Shown one piece after another: positions 19,750-30,679 of a stretch of 64,000 bases of DNA (the stretch's first letter is position 1; every line of letters begins with the position of its first letter). The notes under the pieces are model-generated. The model was not told the origin of the DNA and did no database searches. It saw nothing but the letters and a program-made list of their open reading frames with translations. Position numbers and translations under genes: made by a program. The stretch is from an uncultured Planctomycetota bacterium. Its GTDB lineage: Bacteria; Planctomycetota; Planctomycetia; Isosphaerales; Isosphaeraceae. The DNA is taken from NCBI GenBank assembly GCA_963845755.1, contig CAWJTV010000028.1, positions 256,001-320,000 of the forward strand, in the 5' to 3' direction.

Positions 19750-20376
19750 ATGCACGATCGAGTTCGCATCTTCGGATTCTCGGTTGCGGGGCTGGTCCTG
19801 GTCCCGTTCGTGATGGGCCAGGCCCCCGCGCCCCAGCCACAAGCAGAACGGCCCGCGGCAAAGGCCCAGCCGCGCCCTCACGGTCAGCGGGTCCGCGTCG
19901 ATCCGACCCTGGTCACGGTGGAGGACGGCGACGGCGTCGTCATCCGCTGGAGCGACAAGGATGCCGAGATCGTCCGCATCCTGGGAATCGACACGCCCGA
20001 GGTCCGCCGCCTGGAGCACAACTTGCCGTATGATCAGCCGTTCGGCCCCGAGGCCAGGGCGTTTGCCCAGGGCGCCTTCGCCGCCGCCACGGAAATCGAG
20101 CTGCTCCGCTCCCCGACTCTCGACCCGTACGACCGGACGCTTGCTTACTTATTCATCAACGGGAAAAACTACTCCGTCCTCGCGATCAGGGCCGGGTACA
20201 CGGGGGAAACGGTCAGTCACTACGGAGATAATGGGCTGCCGCGCGAGTCCGCAGAGGTCCTGGCCGCGGCGAAGCCCGCCGCGCCTCTCCCCTTCGAGCC
20301 GCCTCACCTGTATCGCGCACGGATGCGCACGCTGACGAACTGGCTCAAGGAGAACGGACAATACCCCAAGAACTGA
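19750..20376 (+). CDS. secreted thermonuclease (SNase family)
   Basis: Signal-like N-terminus; 'EDGD', 'VRILGIDTPE', 'DPYDRTLAY'. Confidence 0.88.
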   Translation: MHDRVRIFGFSVAGLVLVPFVMGQAPAPQPQAERPAAKAQPRPHGQRVRVDPTLVTVEDGDGVVIRWSDKDAEIVRILGIDTPEVRRLEHNLPYDQPFGPEARAFAQGAFAAATEIELLRSPTLDPYDRTLAYLFINGKNYSVLAIRAGYTGETVSHYGDNGLPRESAEVLAAAKPAAPLPFEPPHLYRARMRTLTNWLKENGQYPKN

Positions 20377-20463
20377 GCGTTCGACGGCCAGCGACCATCC
20401 GCCCGGCTCGGCGTCGGGCAACCGGCATCGCTCCGCGGTCGAACCGGCGCCGAGAGGACGACT

Positions 20464-21012
20464 ATGCCGATCATCGGCTGGAAGGGCAAGCGCACCGTCT
20501 GGTGCCACCGGACCGGGCGCTCCACCTCGAAAACGCGTTGCACTGGTTCAACGACCCAGAGATCACCGCATTGCTCAAACTCAACCTGGGGATCACGCCG
20601 CCGCCAGGAGGAGAGAATCTTCGACCGCATCGAGGAGGGCTCGTCAACCGATTACGTCTGGGCGATCCTTGACGACGCCGAGCAGCACATCGGCTTCATC
20701 GGGCTCCACGAGATCAACTGGAGGCATCGTTGGGCTCTCGGCGGCCTGGTCATCGGCGAGCGGTCGGCCTGGGGCCGCGGTTACGCCTCGGACGCCGTCC
20801 GGATCCGGACGGGGTTTGCCTTCGGCCAGCTCGGTCTGCATCGGATCGAGGGCCACACGATGAACCCGGCGATGAAGCGGGTGTATGAAAAGTGCGGGTA
20901 TCGGCATGAGGGCGTCGCCCGGGGCAAGTTCTGGCGCGACGGCCGATGGGAAGACGCCGACCTGTACGCGATCCTGGACGAGGATTGGTTTGCCGGCCTG
21001 CAGGAGCGGTGA
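20464..21012 (+). CDS. RimJ/RimL-type GNAT acetyltransferase (two compensating frameshifts ~20495 and ~20597)
   Basis: 'WGRGYASDA', 'LGLHRI', 'YEKCGYRHEG'; the alternative frame gives the expected 'LHWFNDPEI'. Confidence 0.85.
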   Translation: MPIIGWKGKRTVWCHRTGRSTSKTRCTGSTTQRSPHCSNSTWGSRRRQEERIFDRIEEGSSTDYVWAILDDAEQHIGFIGLHEINWRHRWALGGLVIGERSAWGRGYASDAVRIRTGFAFGQLGLHRIEGHTMNPAMKRVYEKCGYRHEGVARGKFWRDGRWEDADLYAILDEDWFAGLQER

Positions 21013-21105
21013 TCCGACTGAGAGGACATCGCTGGACCCGAGAAAGAGGTCGGCCAGACGATTCACCAACTTTGGCGACAGGTTCTGATCGAACAGGAGT
21101 TTCAA
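21012..21105 (-). pseudogene. truncated DUF5615 PIN-like toxin
   Basis: TTG start overlapping the DUF433 stop; 'MKLLFDQNLSPKLVNRLADLF'; family-like sequence ends after ~31 aa at the GNAT stop. Confidence 0.8.
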
Positions 21106-21332
21106 GCCGTTGCCACCAGCATTTGCCGCTCGCGTTCGACCGCGTACGCAAGGCAGGCTTGGATATCGTCGGCCGTGAGGTACGGGAAGTCCTCGAGGAG
21201 CTCCTCAGCCCTCATGCCGGCCGCAAGGTACGAGAGGACGTCGAAGGCGGTGATGCGCATCCCCCGAATGCAGGGCCTCCCGCCTCGTTTTCCCAGCTCG
21301 ATCGTGATCGAAGACCGCCAATGATCGGTCAT
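21102..21332 (-). CDS. DUF433 antitoxin
   Basis: 'GKRGGRPCIRGMRIT..DVLSYLAAG...EELLEDFPYLT..DIQACLAYA'. Confidence 0.92.
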   Translation of the reverse strand: MTDHWRSSITIELGKRGGRPCIRGMRITAFDVLSYLAAGMRAEELLEDFPYLTADDIQACLAYAVERERQMLVATA

Positions 21333-21389
21333 GGATGCTCTCGCTTTCGATAATGAACCAGTCCCGTTCGGCCCGTGATACGGGCTCGG

Positions 21390-21567
21390 TGCCGCACGCC
21401 GACTCCTTGGGAACAAAGCGCCGCGAGGGCAGCGAGACGAGCTTCCGCCCGCTTTTCTTTGCTTGCTCCCTCAAATCACGGCAAATCGCCTGAAGATCGT
21501 AGTCGAATCGCGCGGCATAGGCTTCACGGACCACCCGGACCTCATCAACAAGAGTGTCGTGATCGAC
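21390..21567 (-). pseudogene. remnant of a small TA-associated protein ('D.IVEEVR..R..YAARF.YDL' type)
   Basis: 'DTLVDEVRVVREAYAARFDYDLQAICRDLRE...GRKLVSLP'; no clear start codon. Confidence 0.55.
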
Positions 21568-21586
21568 CTCTGGGCAGCCCTCTGGT

Positions 21587-23417
<1,831 letters not shown>

Positions 23418-23603
23418 AGGTTCTCGGACGGTCTTGGTTCGGGCAGGCCGGTATGGATCTTCCATCGAGGACGTGCCATAAAGGCGAGCTTCATCGCGGT
23501 TCTTCGAAGTCGGTTAATCATATCCGTCACCCCCCCCATGGACAAGGCCGGTCGACACGGCACCATGCACGATGGCACGCACTCACCCGGACATTCGATG
23601 CAG

Positions 23604-25017
23604 CTACAGGAGTGGGGAGAGGAGCCGCACGACATTCTCGGCGATCTCGCGCGGCCAACCGGATTGCGGCAACTCACGCTGGGAATGGGCCATCAGCCCC
23701 CGCGCCCAGGTTGCGATCTCCTCGACCTGCGATCGCGACCAGACGAAGAGCGCCAACTCGTAGTTGAGGAACAAGCTGCGCATGTCCATGTTGGCCGAGC
23801 CGATGACCGCGAGCTCCTCGTCGAAGATGACGACCTTGGCATGGATCATGACCGGTGAATAGAGCATCACCTTCCCGCCCTCGTTATGCAAATCGCGGAG
23901 ATAGCTGGCACGGGCGAGATCCGCCGAGATATGGTTCGAGCGCGCGGGTACGATCAGCCGGACGTCGACCCCACGACGAGCGGCGAGGTTGAGGGCGCGC
24001 GCGAGCATCTCATCGGGCACGAAGTAGGGAGTAACCACCCAGATCCGCTTGCTGGCCGCGAAGATCAAGGCCAGCAAGGATTCATAGAGGGGATCGCCGG
24101 CAACATCGGGACCACTCGCCACCACCTGGACGGTCGCCGTCGCGCCGGTCGGATCGTCCTGGTTGTCGACGGCGGGCGCCGGTTCCGGCTCCGGCCCCGA
24201 TCCCTTGGCGAACGACCAATCCGAGGTGAACACGGCCTCCAGGTCGGAGACCGCCGGTCCTTCCACCACGGCCGCGATGTCGCGCCAGAGGTCACAGCAT
24301 GCCGGTGGCCCCATGTACGGCCAGGCCAGGTTCATGCCGCCGGTCAGCGCGATCCGGCCGTCCACGACGAGGAGCTTCCGATGGTTCCTCAGATTCGCCC
24401 GCCCCCGGAAGGGAACGTGGAGCACCGGCATGAAGAAGGCCACCTGCGCCGGCCTCGATCAGGGGGGCCAGTACGCGACGGCGGAGACGCCACGATCCGA
24501 GATCGTCGATCAAGAGCCGCACCACGATCCCCTCGGACACCCGCTCGGTCAGTCGTCCCAGGATCGAACGGCTGCCCTCGTCGTTGCCGAGGATGTAGGT
24601 GGTGATGTGGATCGTCGATCGTGCTTCATCGATCAGCCGGATCACGCGCTGATAGGCATCGACCCCGTCCAGCACGACCTCGACGCAATTCCCCGCGCGG
24701 GCCGGCGGTACGCCGTACGACGCCAGCAGGCGCTCGATCCCGTCCTCGCTCGACGGCACTCCCGCCTCGGGCGATGGGCTGTAAATCCGGGCCTTCCTCC
24801 GCGCCATCGGATTCATCTTCCGGCCCCCGAGCATCACATACAGGGGCACCCCGACGTAGGGCAGCAACAAGATGATCAGGAGCCAGGCGATTGTGCTGCT
24901 GGGAGAGCGCTTCTGCCGGAACAGATTCGCCAGGAAGACCAGGGCCAGCAGGAATCCCAGGTGGGTCAAGAGCTCGGAGGAGATCCAGGAGTATCCCGCG
25001 TTGATCCAGCTAGGCAC
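23604..25017 (-). CDS. cls: cardiolipin synthase / PLD-family protein (frameshift ~24445)
   Basis: N-terminal PLDc_N two-TM region; two HKD motifs, 'HRKLLVVD' and 'HAKVVIFD'; 'TPYFVPD'. Confidence 0.9.
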
Positions 25018-25083
25018 CGGCTCATCGTCTCCCTTCCGTCACGCGCGTCCTGGCGCGATCGTGAACGGGATGATCGCGACCGT

Positions 25084-26294
25084 TCACTCCCCGCCGCCGG
25101 GGTGGTTCGACCGCGGAGGGGACAAGACGCATCGGAATCCCACGTGAGATGCCGCACTGTCGGTCGATCCCTTGCCCCGGCGCCGGGGCGGTAGCTTGTG
25201 CAGTATTCGTCGGTGCACAGGAACGAGCCGCCTCGCTGGACTTTCTTGCGAACTCCGGGCTCGTCCGGGTCGTGGCTCGACGGGGGTCCTTGCGGGTTCC
25301 GCGTCTGAGTGATGTCGTATCCCGGGCGGTACCAGTCGGAGCACCATTCCCAGACGTTCCCGGCGACGTCGAAGAGTCCGAATCCGTTGGGCGGGAAGCT
25401 GGCCACCGGGGCCGTCCGGGAATAGCCGTCCTCGGCGGTGTTGCGGGCGGGGAATCGTCCCTGCCAGATGTTGGCGGGCCACTTCTCGCCGGGCTTCAGT
25501 GTATTGCCCCAGACGAACGGAGTCCGCTCCGTCCCGCCCCGCGCGGCGTACTCCCATTCCGCCTCGGTGGGGAGGCGCTTGCCCGCCCAGCGGGCATACG
25601 CCGCCGCATCGTCCCAGCAGACCTGCACGACGGGATAATCGTCCTTCCCCTCGATCGTGGTTTCCGGCCCTTCGGGGTGACGCCAGTTGGCGCCAGGGAC
25701 GTAACGCCACCAGACGAGCGGGTTGTCGAACGAGACCTCGCCGGCGGGCGGCGTGAAGACCAGCGAGCCGGGGACGAGCTTCTCCGGCGGCGCGTCGGGG
25801 AAGTCCTTGGCGTCCGGCTTCCGTTCCGCCACCGTAACGTAACCGGTCGCCTCCACGAACCGGGCGAACCGCCGATTGGTTACCTCGGTCCGATCCATCC
25901 AGAAACCATCCAGGGTCACCTCGTGCACCGGCTTGGCGTCCAGCCTGGAAGCGTCGTCAGCACCCATCCAGAATGTGGCTCCCGAGACCCAGACCATCCC
26001 CGCCGGTGCCGGAGCCTCGGCGTTCGGCGACGCCGGCGGCGCGATCCCGCTCGATGCACCAGGGACCGAGGCGTGTTTCGGCCGCGCCGCGATCGACGTT
26101 GATCTGGCGAGGCCATCAGCATCCGAATCGCGAGAATCGGCCCAGTCTGAGGACTCTTCGACTGGGACGCCACTCGAACGAGACGTCCCGGATGGCTGCC
26201 GGCCGGACTCGCATCCGCCCAGGGCAACGCCCACGATCGCGACGAGGACAATCGCCGGTCGGGCTCCCATGCCTGTGGACACCGGACGATTCAT
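25084..26294 (-). CDS. formylglycine-generating enzyme (FGE/SUMF1) family lipoprotein (frameshift ~25178)
   Basis: Lipobox 'LGGC'; 'RLPTEAEWEYAARG', 'GNVWEW', 'RGGSFLCTDEYC', 'HVGFRC'. Confidence 0.92.
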
Positions 26295-26434
26295 ACTCGA
26301 TTGCTCGCATACCATTATATTAATCATAAACCTGGAGGCGGTTCTGCCGCTGGCTTCGGGCTCGTTCGAACGGTCCACCCCTACCGTTGCGACCGCTGCC
26401 AGTATCGGAGGTGGAGCCTCGATTTGCAACATGG

Positions 26435-28297
26435 TCAAGGAGACGCAGGGAGGCGCCGGATGGTGACGTCGAGCGGCCCGGCGGTCGCGCGATTGCCCTC
26501 GACCCAGGCTTCGAAGCGGCCCGTCCCCGCGGTGAAAGGGACGTCCCGGAAGGTGCACTCGGACGCCTCGCGATCGAGCTTCAGCTCGCGTTCCACGCCC
26601 CGAATTGTCAGGTGCACAACCGTCGGGAAGCGTCGGGGCGTGAGGCGCAGGGACACGTCGAACCGGCCGTCACGGACCACCACGACCTCCCAGTGGCCCA
26701 GGTCATTGACGCCCCAGCCGGAGCGAGGTCCGCGCCAATCCTGACGCGTCAGGATGGTCGGGTTTTCCCGATCGCCGCCGATGGCGATGCGGATCGGCCC
26801 GAACCCGCGCGACGAGGAGACGTCCTTGAACCAGTCCAGGTACTCCGCGTGCATTTTCTCGACAATCTGGGGCACTTTCGCGGCGAGATCATGCTCCTGC
26901 CAGGGGTCGCTCTCCATCTCGTAGAGCTCCAGCGGGGGGACCTTGAGATTGCCGAGCGGGGGCTCGCGGCGCAGGAGCGAATACTTCTGAGAACGCGCGG
27001 CGAACGCGCGATCGGGCTGGGGCTGGTCTCCGCGATGCCACTGGAAGAAAAGCGTACGGTCGGGCCAGGCGACTTCCGGCGCCCCGCTCAGGAGCGGCAT
27101 GAGGCTCCGGCCATCGAAACGGAGGCCGGCCGGCGGCGAGACGCCGCAGGCCTCCAGCAAGGTCGGGGCGATGTCGATATGGGCGGCGATCCGATCGACG
27201 ACCCGTCCCGCCGGGAAATGGCCGGGCCAGCGGATGTAGCAGGGGACGTGGATCCCTCCCTCGTAGACCGTCCCCTTCCAGCCGCGGAGGCCCGCGTTGA
27301 AACGAACGTTGGCCGGGCCGTTATCGGTGAGGAAAATGACGATCGTGTCTCGAGCCAGCCCACGCGCCTCGAGGGCGGAGAGGACTCGGCCCACGTTCGA
27401 GTCGATGTTCGTGATCATCGCGTACACCTTGGCGATCGCCTCAGTGGGGCTGATCGACGAGGCGGGGATCGGCCGGCCGAGTTGCGGAAACTCGCCGGGC
27501 GCGAGGCTGACCGAGCGATAGGACTCCAGCTCGGCCTTGGGGGCCTCCAGCGGTTCGTGGGGGCAGTTGAACGCCAGGTAGGCGAAGAAGGGGCGGTCGC
27601 TGGGCGTGCCCAGGAACTCCATGGCCGCGGTGGTGTAGACGTCGCTGCAATAACCCTGGCACTTCTGCGACTGGCCATTGTGTTGCAACACCGGGTCGTG
27701 ATAGTGACTGCCGCCCGGCGGGTCGGACGCCTGACCGATGCCGCCGCCTCGGATGACCAGCGCCTCCTGGAAACCCTGATCGATAGCTCGCAACGGCGCA
27801 TTATCGCCCAGGTGCCATTTGCCGAAGATCCCGGTCCGATAGCCGGCCGCCGCGAGCATCTCGGCGAGCGTCTGCTCATCCGGGTGCATCAACGAGCGAC
27901 CCGCGTAAGTATCCACGACGCCGGTGCGGTAGTTATACCGACCGGTCATCAGGCTGGCCCGGGTCAGAGAGCAGACGGGCGAGACGTAAAACGACTTGAG
28001 CCGCACGCTCTCGCGGGCAAATCCATCCAGGTGCGGAGTCCGGATCTTGGGATTGCCGTGGAATCCCAGGTCGCCGTAGCCCTGATCGTCGGTCATGATC
28101 AGAAGGATGTTGGGACCGCTCGCGGTCGTCGCCCCCTTCGCACTCGCGCCGATCGTCGAGAGCGATAGACACGCAATGCATGTGAGCCGCTCGAGGCGCC
28201 CACGAATCCCGGTGCCAAGCACGGTGCTTCTCCCCTCTGCGAAACTCAAAGAGATCGTCCCGAGCGTCACGATTACCTCGGCTGGAGGATCTCCCAT
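26435..28297 (-). CDS. arylsulfatase (start uncertain)
   Basis: 'NILLIMTDDQGYGD', 'CSLTRASLMTG', 'GKWHLG', 'TDNG', 'KGTVYEGG'. Confidence 0.93.
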   Translation of the reverse strand: MGDPPAEVIVTLGTISLSFAEGRSTVLGTGIRGRLERLTCIACLSLSTIGASAKGATTASGPNILLIMTDDQGYGDLGFHGNPKIRTPHLDGFARESVRLKSFYVSPVCSLTRASLMTGRYNYRTGVVDTYAGRSLMHPDEQTLAEMLAAAGYRTGIFGKWHLGDNAPLRAIDQGFQEALVIRGGGIGQASDPPGGSHYHDPVLQHNGQSQKCQGYCSDVYTTAAMEFLGTPSDRPFFAYLAFNCPHEPLEAPKAELESYRSVSLAPGEFPQLGRPIPASSISPTEAIAKVYAMITNIDSNVGRVLSALEARGLARDTIVIFLTDNGPANVRFNAGLRGWKGTVYEGGIHVPCYIRWPGHFPAGRVVDRIAAHIDIAPTLLEACGVSPPAGLRFDGRSLMPLLSGAPEVAWPDRTLFFQWHRGDQPQPDRAFAARSQKYSLLRREPPLGNLKVPPLELYEMESDPWQEHDLAAKVPQIVEKMHAEYLDWFKDVSSSRGFGPIRIAIGGDRENPTILTRQDWRGPRSGWGVNDLGHWEVVVVRDGRFDVSLRLTPRRFPTVVHLTIRGVERELKLDREASECTFRDVPFTAGTGRFEAWVEGNRATAGPLDVTIRRLPASP

Positions 28298-28570
28298 GAT
28301 ACGACGCGCGCGGCGACTGACGGTATCCGTCTCCCCTCAACGGTCAAGTCGTCGTCCACGACGGGCCGCCGGACTCCTCCCGGAATGCCCCGAGACCCCG
28401 GGCGGGAACGCGATGGAGGGGTTCGCAATCCCCCGGCGAAATTTTTTTGCGGAAATTTTTATGTCCTGATCTTGTCAAGAGTTGCATCGAGAGATTGTCG
28501 TCATTCGGCGCTAGTTGCATTAACGCTTTTGGAAAGTTGCGGCATCCTGAGAATAGAGCCCACCTCCGTC

Positions 28571-28668
28571 AGAGTCTTCCTCGGCAGGATCCCTGCGCGT
28601 CGGTGCGTCCTGGGGATCCGTGATTTCGGGTTTATCGCTATTGGGTTGCGGCCGAAGGCCGCGTGAGG
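28571..28668 (-). repeat. element A, degenerate copy 4 (heptamer core largely lost)
   Basis: AGAGTCTTCCTCGGCAGGATCCCTGCGC...CTGGGGAT...ATTGGGTTGCGGCCGAAGGCCGCGTGAGG matches both ends of element A in reverse. Confidence 0.85.
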
Positions 28669-28677
28669 AGCAGCAAA

Positions 28678-30081
28678 GTGCGCCAGGCCCTTGAACGCTT
28701 CCGGGCGCGGATCGCCCGGATCGAAGAGGAACCGATCCTGTCAGACCAGTCCGGTGATGTCGCGAGCTTCGATTGGTACGGCGAATCTTGCCCGTGCGGC
28801 CTGCCGCCGGGGGAGTGCCGGGTGCATCCCCGCGCGCGGCTCTCCCAGCGGCCGCCGGCCGGCGACTGGCGAACCTTGCTGGTCCTGGCCGGCCGCGGCT
28901 GGGGGAAGACGCGCGCCGGCGCCGAGTGGGTCCGCAGCCTGGCGGAGTCGCGCCAGGCTCGACGGATCGCCCTGGTGGCGTTGACCGCCTCCGATGCCCG
29001 CGACGTCATGATCGAGGGAGAATCCGGCATCCTCGCGATCAGTCCGCCGTGGTGCCGGCCGACCTATGAACCGTCCCGGCGGCGGTTGACCTGGCCCGGC
29101 GGAACGATCGCCACGACCTATTCCGCGGATGAGCCCGAAAGGTTGAGAGGCCCCCAACATGAGGCGGCCTGGGTCGACGAGGTCGCGTCCTGGCGCAAGC
29201 CTCAGGCCTGGGACAACCTGATGTTCGGACTGCGGCTCGGGGTGAATCCGCGTGTCTGTGTCACGACGACCCCCAAACCCGTTCGACTGATCAAGGCCCT
29301 GCTGGCCGATCCCATGACGGTCCTCGTCAGGGGCTCGACGCATGAGAACCGGCCGAACCTGGCGCCGGAGTTCTTCGAGAGAATCGTGGCCACCTACGAA
29401 GGGACGCGCCTGGGCCAGCAGGAGATCTATGCCGAGATTCTGGACGTCAGCGATGGCGCCTGGTTCACCGGGTTCAACGTTGCCAGGCACGTCACCGAGA
29501 AGGCCGAGTACGATTACCGATTCCCCGTGCACCTCGCCATCGACTGCGGCGTCTCCCGGCACGTCGGCGCCGTGTTCTTCCAGGTCCGCGAGATCGGGCC
29601 CAATAAGCATCGCGTCACCGTCTTCGGCGACTACCACGCTCAGGGGCTGGTCTCCGAGGCGAACGCCAGGCGGATCAAGGCGCGCGCCGAGGAACTGCCG
29701 TGCCGCGGTCAGATCCACACGGTCCGCCTCGACCCGGCCGCGAGCGCACGCACCGGCATCGGCCCGGCGGCCTACGGTGAGTTCGAGCGCATCTTCGGCT
29801 CGCGGATCACGGAGCGGTGGCCGAGCCACCGGGTGGTCGACGGCCTCGATCAGATCGAGATCCTGCTCGATACGGACTGTTTGCTCATCCATCCGCGCTG
29901 CATCGCTTTGAAAACGGCCTTCCAGAACTATGCCCGCGCCCAGCGCGGCGGCGAGTGGCTGGACGAGCCGGCGCAAGAGCACCCCCACGAGGACCTGATG
30001 GACGCGCTCCGGGGCGGCATCCGCGACAGGTTCCCCGGCGGCCGGATCGAGCAACCCAGCTTTCGTACCGTCCGCTTCTAA
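28678..30081 (+). CDS. phage-type terminase large subunit (orphan)
   Basis: 'ARLSQRPP' Q-motif, Walker A 'AGRGWGKT', 'LRGPQH', Walker B 'WVDE', 'TTTP', 'RLGQQEIYAE'; nuclease acidic motifs 'AIDCG', 'LDPAA', 'EDLMDA'; AGGAG 7 nt before GTG 28678. Confidence 0.9.
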   Translation: MRQALERFRARIARIEEEPILSDQSGDVASFDWYGESCPCGLPPGECRVHPRARLSQRPPAGDWRTLLVLAGRGWGKTRAGAEWVRSLAESRQARRIALVALTASDARDVMIEGESGILAISPPWCRPTYEPSRRRLTWPGGTIATTYSADEPERLRGPQHEAAWVDEVASWRKPQAWDNLMFGLRLGVNPRVCVTTTPKPVRLIKALLADPMTVLVRGSTHENRPNLAPEFFERIVATYEGTRLGQQEIYAEILDVSDGAWFTGFNVARHVTEKAEYDYRFPVHLAIDCGVSRHVGAVFFQVREIGPNKHRVTVFGDYHAQGLVSEANARRIKARAEELPCRGQIHTVRLDPAASARTGIGPAAYGEFERIFGSRITERWPSHRVVDGLDQIEILLDTDCLLIHPRCIALKTAFQNYARAQRGGEWLDEPAQEHPHEDLMDALRGGIRDRFPGGRIEQPSFRTVRF

Positions 30082-30113
30082 GAGCGCCTAAAACGACCCG
30101 GACCCTCACAGTT

Positions 30114-30437
30114 CTTGACCCTTTTCCCTTGAGGAGTTAAACCACGAAATACACGAAATACACAGGGTGAAGGAGATGGAGAGCCGATTCTCGATTATTT
30201 TAAGTTTCGTTTTTTTCGAGACTGTAGCAACGGAACCGGGCTCAGGAAGGAAGGCCTCGTCCTCACACCATCGGGATCCTCGTTCCCATGCTCTGCGTGG
30301 GAACGTCCGGGTGCGACGCTCCGCGTCGCCGGGGCCGCAGAGCGGCCAAGACGGCATTCCCACGCAGGAGCGTGGGAACGAGTTCCTATCACCCGGTCTC
30401 GTTGCTAGAGACTCTTTTTTTCGTGTAATTCGTGGTT
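30114..30437. repeat. element B arms (30140-30163 and 30418-30437) with the same left flank as at 745-770
   Basis: CTTGACCCTTTTCCCTTGAGGAGTTAAACCACGAAATACACGAAA compared with CTTGACTTCGTTCCCTCAAAGAGTTCAACCACGAAATCCACGAAA; right arm TTCGTGTAATTCGTGGTT. Confidence 0.8.
30279..30382. repeat. REP-like palindromic element C (CTCGTTCCCA...TGGGAACGAG)
   Basis: Terminal inverted repeats CTCGTTCCCATGCTCTGCGTGGGAAC and ATTCCCACGCAGGAGCGTGGGAACGAG, each able to form its own hairpin. Confidence 0.85.
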
Positions 30438-30440
30438 AGA

Positions 30441-30596
30441 GTAGAATCTTCCTCCGTAGGATCCCTGCGCCCTCCGCGCCTCTGGGGATTCCGAATTCCG
30501 GATTCGCGATTCCGGATTCCCGGATCCTTCCCCTTCGGGAATCCGGAATCGCGAATCCGGAATCCCGATTGGGTTGCGGCCGAAGGCCGCGTTAGG
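30441..30596 (-). repeat. element A, full copy 3
   Basis: Reverse complement is near-identical to 312-467. Confidence 0.95.
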
Positions 30597-30679
30597 AGTT
30601 CAAGGGACCAGCCGGCCCGACTATGATGGGGTAATGGACTCGGGCGGGCCTCATCCCGGTAAAGTGTGAGCTTCTTCTG

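Noticed and set aside
13010..20376. Uma2 and thermonuclease as a defence system
   Set aside because: They are unlinked, have no methylase or other defence partners, Uma2 genes are common singletons in planctomycetes, and the nuclease looks secreted
20644..21105. Full-length 153-aa DUF5615 toxin
   Set aside because: Only the first ~31 aa are family-like; the rest is antisense read-through of the GNAT gene
28678..30081. Prophage
   Set aside because: No integrase, portal, capsid, tail or lysis genes; both neighbours are host genes
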